From contig JBCCWS010000001.1 in NCBI GenBank assembly GCA_039193195.1, forward strand, positions 69,338 through 133,337: 64,000 nt of DNA. Direction: 5' to 3'. Under the pieces are notes generated by a model. It was not told the origin of the DNA. It did no database searches and worked only from the letters and a program-made list of their open reading frames with translations. A program made the position numbers and the translations under genes. Positions 46,965 to 54,717 of the stretch are shown here, in pieces (within the stretch, counting starts at the first letter, position 1; each line of letters begins with the position of its first letter). Origin of the DNA: Pseudomonadota bacterium. Its GTDB lineage: Bacteria; Pseudomonadota; Gammaproteobacteria; Steroidobacterales; JBCBZW01.

Positions 46965-47270
46965 ATGAGCAGGCAGCGCAGCGGGCGTTGGATCGAGGCC
47001 GTCCCGGCGAATACGGCGCGCGCCGAACAGCGTCGCGCCCAGGTCACAACGCCGCCTGCGCACTCAATACCCGGCGACGGCAACCCGCCGTTAGGGGGTG
47101 AGGATGTGCAGCCACCGCCAGTGCAGGGCGAGCGCCTCATCGAGGCCAAACCCTCGGACGCCGGCGCAGACGATCACCCCGTAGATGAAGACGGCTCAGC
47201 GAGCGACCTAGACGATCAGGCGCAGGGCCATTCCCCTGACGTCCTCTGCGACCCTTCCGACGAAGATTAG
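46965..47270 (+). CDS. Small acidic/Pro-rich hypothetical protein (101 aa)
   Basis: ATG 5 nt after the previous stop suggests coupling. The composition is weakly protein-like. Confidence 0.35.
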   Translation: MSRQRSGRWIEAVPANTARAEQRRAQVTTPPAHSIPGDGNPPLGGEDVQPPPVQGERLIEAKPSDAGADDHPVDEDGSASDLDDQAQGHSPDVLCDPSDED

Positions 47271-47277
47271 TGTCACC

Positions 47278-48180
47278 TCAGGCCCTGCGGGCGGATGCCC
47301 CGAAGTTTGGATCGTAGGGTCCGCCATCGCCGAGCGCGAGATGGCGTGCTCGCACCAGGGGCTTGCGCTGCTCCTTGCGCTCGTTGAGGGACCTGTCCGC
47401 TCGGGTCAGCGCGATGGAGATGTCTTCCTCCTCCTCGAGCCAGGTCGTGCCGATACTGCAGCGGACCGCGGTAGGGCCCGTGCCCGACCTGCGCGGGGCG
47501 GACAAGGTCAGTGAGGTGCACTGCGTTTGTAACGCGTGTTCGAGGCACTGTGCTTCGCCATGCGCGGCGCTGACGACGAAAGCGAACTCATCGCCGCCGA
47601 GACGACCGACTATCCCGTAGTCGCCGATGAGGGCTTCGAGCGCCTCGCTCACGCGCACCAGCGCGCTGTCGCCGACTTCGTAACCGAATCTGTCGTTTAG
47701 TGCCTTAAAATGATCAATATCGACCATGCCAATCAAGCAGCTTTGCGTGGAGCGGCGCTCGCTATGTAGGCGCGCGACGGCGGTAAAGAAACCTCGTCGG
47801 TTATAGGTACCGGTGAGTGGATCGGTGGTCGATAGGTGAAGCGCCAGGGCCAGCGTGTTGTCCAGATGCCCCAACAGGCGCACGATCAGCAGCGTGGCCG
47901 CGGGTGCTACCACCGCCGGTATCAGACCGGCTAGGGCGAAGGCGAAGCGGGTATCTTGTGTGGTGAAGGCCCCGGCACGAATCTGGGCAGCGAGGCCCAC
48001 CGCCGTAAGGGCCTCGGACATCACGATCGAGAAGACCGTCACGCAGGCGATGATGCCGCCGCCGCCAACATCGCGGTACACGCTCAGGAGGCGGCTATTC
48101 AGCCTATCGAGGGTCAGTTCGTGGTCTTCTTGGGTCACGCTACTCTCCACCCCGTAAGTCGCGAGGCGAGAGGCTGGCAC
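47278..48180 (-). CDS. Membrane-anchored diguanylate cyclase (intact GGDEF, no RxxD I-site)
   Basis: N-terminal TM helices. LTGTYNRRGFF and GRLGGDEFAFVV. Confidence 0.85.
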   Translation of the reverse strand: MPASRLATYGVESSVTQEDHELTLDRLNSRLLSVYRDVGGGGIIACVTVFSIVMSEALTAVGLAAQIRAGAFTTQDTRFAFALAGLIPAVVAPAATLLIVRLLGHLDNTLALALHLSTTDPLTGTYNRRGFFTAVARLHSERRSTQSCLIGMVDIDHFKALNDRFGYEVGDSALVRVSEALEALIGDYGIVGRLGGDEFAFVVSAAHGEAQCLEHALQTQCTSLTLSAPRRSGTGPTAVRCSIGTTWLEEEEDISIALTRADRSLNERKEQRKPLVRARHLALGDGGPYDPNFGASARRA

Positions 48181-48367
48181 TACCGACGGCTGAGCGAAAC
48201 GCGGTAGATCGCAGTCTTGGATTAGGCCGCGAGCGATCGCAGGGTTCGATGCCCGAAGTGTGACGGTAGTCGGTAGCGTAGCGGCGCAGCGAGATCGTGA
48301 TTTTCTGTAAAGCGAATTATTCTGTTAGCCTTACAGTAGGCGATTCGTGCCAGCCGGGCGGCTAGGG

Positions 48368-49588
48368 TCAGGATGCGCAAACCTGCACGGTCTCGCCGAT
48401 GTCGTTGAGGATATGTCGCAGGTGGTCGTAGTCCGGATGGCGAACGCGCATCCAGGCGCCGGCCATGTAGCCACCCTCGACGGAACCTGCGGGCGCTCCG
48501 GGGCTCGGGATGTTCGCGGCCACAATGTCGTTATGGTAGCGCTTGCCGATTTCATCGAGACCCTCCACGTGGGTGACGCGGCCGTCGCGGTCGGCGCGCA
48601 GGGCGATCATGCCGCAGGCGAAGCGACGCGAGGGTCGCTGTACGGTGCGCCCGTGACAGACGGCCATGGCCCAGTCGCGGTACAGATCGATGTCGTTGCC
48701 CGCGTTGTACACATCCCACTGACACACGCCCGGTGGCCGGCAGCCGATCTCTGAGAACTTAAGCCCCTTCGGCCCGATGAACCACTCCATGTGGGTGGCG
48801 GCCGTGGGGATGCCGAGCACGTCGATGACCTTTTGCGCCATCGCTTTGACCTCACTGTACCCCTCCGCGTCCACTCGGTTGGTGGCCACCATCTGGGGTG
48901 AGATCCAGCGCGTGCGCATGGCCTCGAGCACGTTCGGGTAGTAGTGGGTGATGAACTCGTAGGCGATCTGACCGTTCACGGTGATGGTGTCGAGGAAGCC
49001 CTCGTGGCCTTCGATGAACTCTTCTACCGCTGTCGGCGCGCCGCGGTCGACGCCGCTCTCGCTGATCGCCACCTTGAGCTCTTCATTGGTACGGGCCTTC
49101 CAGGTGCCGGCCGCGCCGGCCGCGGCACGCGGCTTCAGGATCACCGGCAGGCCGACCTCGTCGACGAAGTCACGCACTTCCTCGGCGGAGCTGGCGCCGG
49201 TGGAGAGGGCGCAGGGCACGCCGGCAGCCCGCAGCACTTCCTTCATCGCGGGCTTATCGCGGCAGAGGTAAGCGGTGCGCGCGGAGACGCCCGGGATGCC
49301 GCAGCGTTCACGGACGTTCGCCGCGGCCTCCACGTGGGCTTCCACGGTCGCTTCCAAGCGATCGACCCAGAGGCGACTCTGCACGTTGCGCACCGCCTCC
49401 TCGAGCTGACGCTCGTTCACTACCGAGCCGATCTGCACGTAATCGAACAGCCAGCTCGAGAGCTGCGGATCGAGCCAGTCTCGCGGACGTTCGCCGATGC
49501 CGATCACCGTGGCGCCGGCGGCGTGCAGGCCGCGCACGAACTCGCGCTGGTTGGCAGGGAAACAGGGTTCGACGAAGATCACGTTCAT
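48368..49588 (-). CDS. ATP-grasp domain ligase (carboxylate-amine/thiol ligase superfamily)
   Basis: Pre-ATP-grasp Rossmann-like N-terminus. Central CRDKPAMKEVLRAAGVPCA...LPVILKPRAAAGAAG...VEEFIEG...EIGCRPPG pattern typical of ATP-grasp enzymes. Confidence 0.8.
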   Translation of the reverse strand: MNVIFVEPCFPANQREFVRGLHAAGATVIGIGERPRDWLDPQLSSWLFDYVQIGSVVNERQLEEAVRNVQSRLWVDRLEATVEAHVEAAANVRERCGIPGVSARTAYLCRDKPAMKEVLRAAGVPCALSTGASSAEEVRDFVDEVGLPVILKPRAAAGAAGTWKARTNEELKVAISESGVDRGAPTAVEEFIEGHEGFLDTITVNGQIAYEFITHYYPNVLEAMRTRWISPQMVATNRVDAEGYSEVKAMAQKVIDVLGIPTAATHMEWFIGPKGLKFSEIGCRPPGVCQWDVYNAGNDIDLYRDWAMAVCHGRTVQRPSRRFACGMIALRADRDGRVTHVEGLDEIGKRYHNDIVAANIPSPGAPAGSVEGGYMAGAWMRVRHPDYDHLRHILNDIGETVQVCAS

Positions 49589-49626
49589 GGCGTCACCACA
49601 GCGGATGCTGATTGAGTTAGCGGAAG

Positions 49627-51120
49627 TTATAGGTTGCGCATGCGCGCGTAGACGTGGAGGTACTCGCGGGCGCGGCGGGGCCAGCTGAAGTCAGCGCGCA
49701 TGCCGTTGTCCATCATCTTGCGCCAGTGGTTGGGCTGGCGCCAAAGGCTCAGGGCCCGCTCGATGGCCCAGATCACGCCCCCCGAGTCGAAGTGGTCGAA
49801 GACGATGCCGTTGCCTTCGCCGGAGCCGGTGTCGTACTGCTCCACCGTGTCGGCGAGCCCGCCCGTGCGCCGCACGATGGGGATGGTGCCGTAGTTCAGG
49901 CTGTACATCTGGTTCAGGCCGCAGGGCTCGTAGCGCGAGGGCATGAGGAACATGTCGGCCCCCGCCTCGATGAGGTGGGCGAGGCGCTCGTTGTAGCCTC
50001 GGTAGAAGCAGACGCGGCCTGGGTAACGGCTTTGGAGGCTCGCGAAGAACTCCTCGTACTTGCCCTCGCCGCTGCCGAGCACGGTCACCTTCATCGGGTG
50101 GCGCTCCAGCAGGTGGGGCAGGGAATCGAAGAGGATCTCGAGGCCTTTCTGGTAGGTGAGGCGCGTGACCATGCCGAGCACGGGGGTCTTCTCATCCACC
50201 GTCGGGTTGCCGCTGCTGATGCCGAGCGCTTGCAGCAGCGCTACCTTGTTGTCGGCCTTGCCGGCGGGTGCGTCCGCGGAGTAGGGCTGCTCGAGGTGCT
50301 CGTCTTCCTCCGGGCTCCACACCTCCGTATCGATACCGTTCAGGATGCCGACGAAGGTGGCGTGGCGCGCGCGCAGCATATCGTCGAGGCCTTCGCCATG
50401 CTCGGGCGTTTGTACCTCCCGGGCGTAGGTCGGGCTCACCGTCGTGAGTGCGTGGGCGTGCAAGACGCCGGTCTTCAGGAAGGACATGACCCCGCGCCCC
50501 AGGTCCTCCTGATGCACCTGGTTTCGGTGTTCGCTCAGCCCGACGTCTACCACTGCCTGCTCGCCGAACCAGCCCTGGTAGGCCATGTTATGGATCGTGA
50601 GCAGGGAGCGTGTCCGATAGAACAGGCTGTCCCAAGCGAACAATGTTCTCAGGTAGAGCGGGATTAGGCCGGTCTGCCAGTCGTGGCAGTGGACCACGTC
50701 CGGGTCGAAGCCCATGCGTTGGCAGCACTGCAGCGCCACGTGCGAGAGCACGGCGAAGCGCAGGTGCTCGTCGACGTCGTTGGTGTACAGGGCGCCGCGG
50801 TGGTAGAGCACGGGGCAGTCGATCAGGTAGATCCACAGGCCTGAGCCCGGCAGGGGCACCGTGTACACGTTGCAGATGTAGTCGTGGGGGCCGAGTTGCA
50901 CGCGCAGGTTTTGCAAGAACTCCACTGGCACGAAGTAGGCCTGGCTACGATCGATCGTGTCGTACAGCGGCATGAAGATGCGCTGCTCGACACCTAGGTC
51001 GTGTAGGTGCCGCGGCAGGGCCGCCGCCACATCGCCGAGCCCGCCCGCCTTGGCAAAGGGGGCGAGCTCAGAGGTGACGTGAACGACGCGCAAGGTGGCG
51101 TCGCGGTTCTCCTCGCTCAT
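49627..51120 (-). CDS. glgA: Glycogen synthase (ADP-glucose type, GT5)
   Basis: VVHVTSELAPFAKAGGLGDVAAALP N-terminal signature and C-terminal LMPSRYEPCGLNQMYSLNYGTIPIVRRTGGLADTV. Confidence 0.95.
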   Translation of the reverse strand: MSEENRDATLRVVHVTSELAPFAKAGGLGDVAAALPRHLHDLGVEQRIFMPLYDTIDRSQAYFVPVEFLQNLRVQLGPHDYICNVYTVPLPGSGLWIYLIDCPVLYHRGALYTNDVDEHLRFAVLSHVALQCCQRMGFDPDVVHCHDWQTGLIPLYLRTLFAWDSLFYRTRSLLTIHNMAYQGWFGEQAVVDVGLSEHRNQVHQEDLGRGVMSFLKTGVLHAHALTTVSPTYAREVQTPEHGEGLDDMLRARHATFVGILNGIDTEVWSPEEDEHLEQPYSADAPAGKADNKVALLQALGISSGNPTVDEKTPVLGMVTRLTYQKGLEILFDSLPHLLERHPMKVTVLGSGEGKYEEFFASLQSRYPGRVCFYRGYNERLAHLIEAGADMFLMPSRYEPCGLNQMYSLNYGTIPIVRRTGGLADTVEQYDTGSGEGNGIVFDHFDSGGVIWAIERALSLWRQPNHWRKMMDNGMRADFSWPRRAREYLHVYARMRNL

Positions 51121-51124
51121 CGCG

Positions 51125-52366
51125 TCAGGCCGCGCCGCCTTCCTCGGCGAGGTAGTGCTGGATGCGGTTCCAGAACAGCTCCGTGAACTCCTCGTGCTCG
51201 TGCTCGGGGAACAGGGCCTTCACCTTCTGGTTCACCGCGTCCCGCGCCATCGGCGAGGAGAAGAACTCGGCCGCCACTTCATCTAGGTGGGAAAGGTGCT
51301 TGTCGCAGAATTCCTCGAAGCGGTCGGTTTCGAAGCGCAGGCGGGCAATCTTGGCGTAGGCGCGCAGGCGCTCGCGGTAGGGCAGATCCTGCTCGGCGAT
51401 CTTGTAGTAGGGATCGAAGTTCAGGTTCGAGTGAAAGCGACGATCCGTCGCCGCGCAGAAGATCGACCAGCGAAGGTTGGCCTTGATCAGCCACGGGAAG
51501 TGGTAGTGCAGGGAGGTGACCTGCGAGTCCGGGCAGGCGTTGGCGTAGTCGATCGGATGCCACACGGTGCCCTGGCGCAGGGCCTCGCAGCTGTTGAAGT
51601 CCCAGCCAAAGAAGCTGTTGATCGTGAGCGTCATGTCTTCGAGGAGCGAGGCGTCCTCGGCGCTCAGGAAGTCGTGATCCATCGTGTAGCGGTCGTGCAG
51701 GGGAGCACTCGGCGCGTAGTTCACCAGGCGGATCTGCGGCCCCAGGCCCACGGCGCGGATGTAGAAGTCATGCGGGAGCACGGCCTTTTGCACGTTCATC
51801 ACCGTCTTGCCGCTCGCGTCGTAGGCGGCCCGCAGCTGCTCCGAGTTGTCGGCCTTGGTCACGCCCACCCAGCCGCCGCCGTGGTACGGCTTCATGAAGA
51901 CGGGGTAGCCGATTTGCTCGCCGATCTCATCGAGGTCGAAAAGCTTGGCGTAGCGTCCCAGGGTGACGTCCAGGTCTGCCGAGGATTCGTACTCCTTAGC
52001 CGGGATCATCCAGGTACGGGGCACGGGGAGCCCTAAGCGCATCATGGCGCAGTAGGTGGTCTGCTTCTCCATCGACTGCAGCGACCAGGGATTGTTGTAT
52101 ACGTAGAGGTCATCGAGGATCACGGACTTCTTGATCCACTCGCGGGTGGGCGAATACCAGTGCGTGAGGCGATCGATCACTACCTCATACCTGCAGGGCT
52201 GCTGCAGATCGAAGGGTTCGATGGTCACCCGCTCGCTCTCGAAGCGCAGCGTGTCGCCCCCCATGGGCACGCGCAGGTCGAGGCGCTGCAGAATCTCCTC
52301 GTAGCAAATCGGCCAGCACACGTCGGCCCCGAGCGAGAGCCCAATCAGTCTCGTTACCTCAGCCAC
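51125..52366 (-). CDS. ATP-grasp-like protein (RimK/glutathione-synthetase-like fold, divergent) with a C-terminal helical extension
   Basis: EKQTTYCAMMRLGLPVPRTW...GYPVFMKPYHGGGWVGV...NVQKAV resembles the ATP-grasp central/ATP-binding segments. 4 nt upstream of glgA. The family assignment is tentative. Confidence 0.6.
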   Translation of the reverse strand: MAEVTRLIGLSLGADVCWPICYEEILQRLDLRVPMGGDTLRFESERVTIEPFDLQQPCRYEVVIDRLTHWYSPTREWIKKSVILDDLYVYNNPWSLQSMEKQTTYCAMMRLGLPVPRTWMIPAKEYESSADLDVTLGRYAKLFDLDEIGEQIGYPVFMKPYHGGGWVGVTKADNSEQLRAAYDASGKTVMNVQKAVLPHDFYIRAVGLGPQIRLVNYAPSAPLHDRYTMDHDFLSAEDASLLEDMTLTINSFFGWDFNSCEALRQGTVWHPIDYANACPDSQVTSLHYHFPWLIKANLRWSIFCAATDRRFHSNLNFDPYYKIAEQDLPYRERLRAYAKIARLRFETDRFEEFCDKHLSHLDEVAAEFFSSPMARDAVNQKVKALFPEHEHEEFTELFWNRIQHYLAEEGGAA

Positions 52367-52430
52367 GTTCGTCTCCCCATAGCCATTGATGCCGGCGCCG
52401 CAGTCCCCCGCGTGCGCCGCGAAGTGTCCG

Positions 52431-53594
52431 TTACTCGTAGGTCATCCAGAGGGGCCCGGGGAACAGCCAGCTGAGCGCGTCCTGCAGGCGGTCGCGCCAG
52501 TTCTCCCAGTTGTGGCCGTCTCGCACCTCACGGTAGCGGATGTCCGGCCCCTTGTCCTGCAAGAACGCGATCATGGCGCGGTTCTCGCGGATCAGAGATT
52601 CGTAGACCCCACAACTGATGAACATGCGGTCGGCCGGCAGCCCTGGGGCCGCGCGCCACTCGTTCATGAAGCGGACCACAGGGTCGAACACTTCGCCGCG
52701 ATCGTGGTGGCCGATGTCCGTAAAGGCGAAGGAGCCCGACTGCAGCAGCAAGTTGCCGAAGACGCCGGGGTGGCGCCATGCGCAGTAGAGCGAGGCCACG
52801 CCGCCGAAGCTCGCGCCCATCAGCGCGCGGGCGTTGGGCGTATCGCGCAGGGGCAGGCGTGAGGTGAGCGTCGGCACGAGTTCCTCGGCGACGAAGCGTG
52901 CGTGGCGGTCGTCAGCAGCGTACTCGCGCAGGCGATCTGGCGAATGGGTCAGCGCCACAATCATCGGCTCGATCTCGAGGCGATGGGTCAGGTTATCGAG
53001 CACCGCGTGCAGATCGGCAAAGCGCAGAAAGTCATCGCCGTCGTGCACCACCAGCAGCGGGTACTGGCGGCTGCGCCGAAAGCGTGCCGGCAGGTAGAGG
53101 CGGACGCGACGGGTGTCGCCGAAGGCGCCGGAGGCGATGCCGATCTCCTCCAACGAGCCGTGGCGAGACTCGGCGTTGGGAATGGACCAGTCGGGCCGCT
53201 CGTAGCCGTGCGCCTGGCAAACCGAGTTGGCGCCGAACGGGTCTTCGGCCAGCCGCGGGTTCAGCGGATCGAGGATCCAGCGCGTGCCGCCCTCTTCCTG
53301 CTCGAGTTCGATCTTGTACTCGACGCGTGAGCCCGGGGGCAGGTCCATTCGCACCCACCAAAGCTCCGTGCCATCGATTGCGTGCAGGGGCTCCGCATGC
53401 GGGAGACCGAAGCCGAAGTGGCGCAGACGCACGGCCTTGGCGCGACCTCGGAAGAGGAAGGTGACGCCGAGGGGGTCGCTGACCGGCCATTCGTGCTCGG
53501 CGATGAAGGCGTCGAGGCGCTCGGGACTTGGGTTGCCATCGGCCAGTAAGGGCACGAGGAAGTCAGGCGGGGCCACCGCGTCCGATGGGCTCAT
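52431..53594 (-). CDS. Esterase (esterase D / enterochelin-esterase-type alpha/beta hydrolase) with an N-terminal E-set/CBM48-like domain
   Basis: N-domain pattern VTFLFRGRAKAVRLRHFGF...GTELWWVRMDLPPGSRVEYKIEL...WILDPLNP. Catalytic domain YPLLVVHDG, GASFGG nucleophile elbow, and a C-terminal DGHNW His context. Confidence 0.75.
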   Translation of the reverse strand: MSPSDAVAPPDFLVPLLADGNPSPERLDAFIAEHEWPVSDPLGVTFLFRGRAKAVRLRHFGFGLPHAEPLHAIDGTELWWVRMDLPPGSRVEYKIELEQEEGGTRWILDPLNPRLAEDPFGANSVCQAHGYERPDWSIPNAESRHGSLEEIGIASGAFGDTRRVRLYLPARFRRSRQYPLLVVHDGDDFLRFADLHAVLDNLTHRLEIEPMIVALTHSPDRLREYAADDRHARFVAEELVPTLTSRLPLRDTPNARALMGASFGGVASLYCAWRHPGVFGNLLLQSGSFAFTDIGHHDRGEVFDPVVRFMNEWRAAPGLPADRMFISCGVYESLIRENRAMIAFLQDKGPDIRYREVRDGHNWENWRDRLQDALSWLFPGPLWMTYE

Positions 53595-54529
53595 GCGGGC
53601 GTCTCCATCGTGGCGGTAGTGAGCGTGCCCCGCGCGTGCAGTCGCTGGCAGGCGTCGATCGACTGCCAGCCGTCGTCGTTGCCGAGGATGCGCGAGCCGG
53701 CATCCAGGGTGATGGCCGGATCCGGACCGAAGCGGCGCGCCATTAGGGCTACGCGTTCTGGGTCGTTCAAGCGCAGGCGCTCGCGCGCGTGAGGTAGGGG
53801 CAGCAGCGCGGGCAGCAGGTCTAGGCCGGCGTCGAGCACTTCGGCGTAGCCTGGACCTTGGGGAGGCGAGTCATGGAATAGCACGATGCGTCGCGAGAGC
53901 GCCATGGCGCCCGCAGACCACGCGATGATCGGCTTGCGGGCGATGATCTCGCCGAGGCCGAACAGGCGCAGTCGGCCGATGAGCGTGCTGACGTGACCGC
54001 CGGCCACGAGTACCGCCGCGGCGCGATCGACCTGTTCGGCGACTCGCTCGCGGACAGGAGCCAAGCTTGGGTGGCGACCGGGAGCCCAGGTCTGATCGAA
54101 GGCTGCATGAACGTCTTTGATGTGCCGCAGGTGTTGGCGGTCTAGGGTGCGCAGCGAGTTGATCGCCGCACGCCGTTCGCGTTGCACGATTTGTGCGTCG
54201 CCCTTGGCGCCGAGCATCTCCACTGCGGCGGCGGCGGCGTGGTTCAGCCGTCTGCGGTAGAGCGCCTGCAGCAGCCGAAGCTTGTCTTGACGGGCGCGGT
54301 GCGCGCGGAACAGCTCGGGATCGGCGCTGAACGCGTCGTTGACGGCCTTGTACAGACCAAGATCGGTGCAGGGTCGACCGATATGGCCGACCAAGTCGTC
54401 CAACTCTCCCTCGCGCTCCTGCCAGCCGGCGGTCACCGCGCACACGGCCCCGTCGATGGCGAGGACATCGAGAGTCTCAGCCAAGTTGGGTACGTGTCTT
54501 TGGGGGCCGAGTACGGCGATAGGGGGCAT
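53591..54529 (-). CDS. Peptidase S51-like (PepE/cyanophycinase-type, type-1 glutamine-amidotransferase-like fold) hydrolase with a roughly 100-aa helical insert
   Basis: VLVAGGHVSTLIGRL ... PIIAWSAGAMAL (GxSAG nucleophile context) ... LLPLPHA. ATGA overlap with the esterase gene. Confidence 0.65.
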   Translation of the reverse strand: MPPIAVLGPQRHVPNLAETLDVLAIDGAVCAVTAGWQEREGELDDLVGHIGRPCTDLGLYKAVNDAFSADPELFRAHRARQDKLRLLQALYRRRLNHAAAAAVEMLGAKGDAQIVQRERRAAINSLRTLDRQHLRHIKDVHAAFDQTWAPGRHPSLAPVRERVAEQVDRAAAVLVAGGHVSTLIGRLRLFGLGEIIARKPIIAWSAGAMALSRRIVLFHDSPPQGPGYAEVLDAGLDLLPALLPLPHARERLRLNDPERVALMARRFGPDPAITLDAGSRILGNDDGWQSIDACQRLHARGTLTTATMETPA

Positions 54530-54717
54530 GGCGAGGCGGCGATTTTAGCGATGAAAGGGAGGCGAGGCTGGCTCGCCACAAACCGGGCAGGCGCGATGGT
54601 AGGGGCGAGCTCGGGCAGCGGTCAAACCGCCGTCGAGGCCATGGCATACTCGCCCTCCCGTGGCTTCTCGGTGCTCGAGTGCAGCCGCGCTGAACCGCCG
54701 TCGCCTGGAGCCGACCC

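Noticed and set aside
48242-48254. tRNA T-arm-like string gggttcgatgccc in the 48181-48367 intergenic region; considered as a possible tRNA or tRNA-fragment att site.
   Set aside because: I could build only a 3-bp T-stem. I found no complementary acceptor stem, D-arm or anticodon arm in the flanks. No integrase is nearby.
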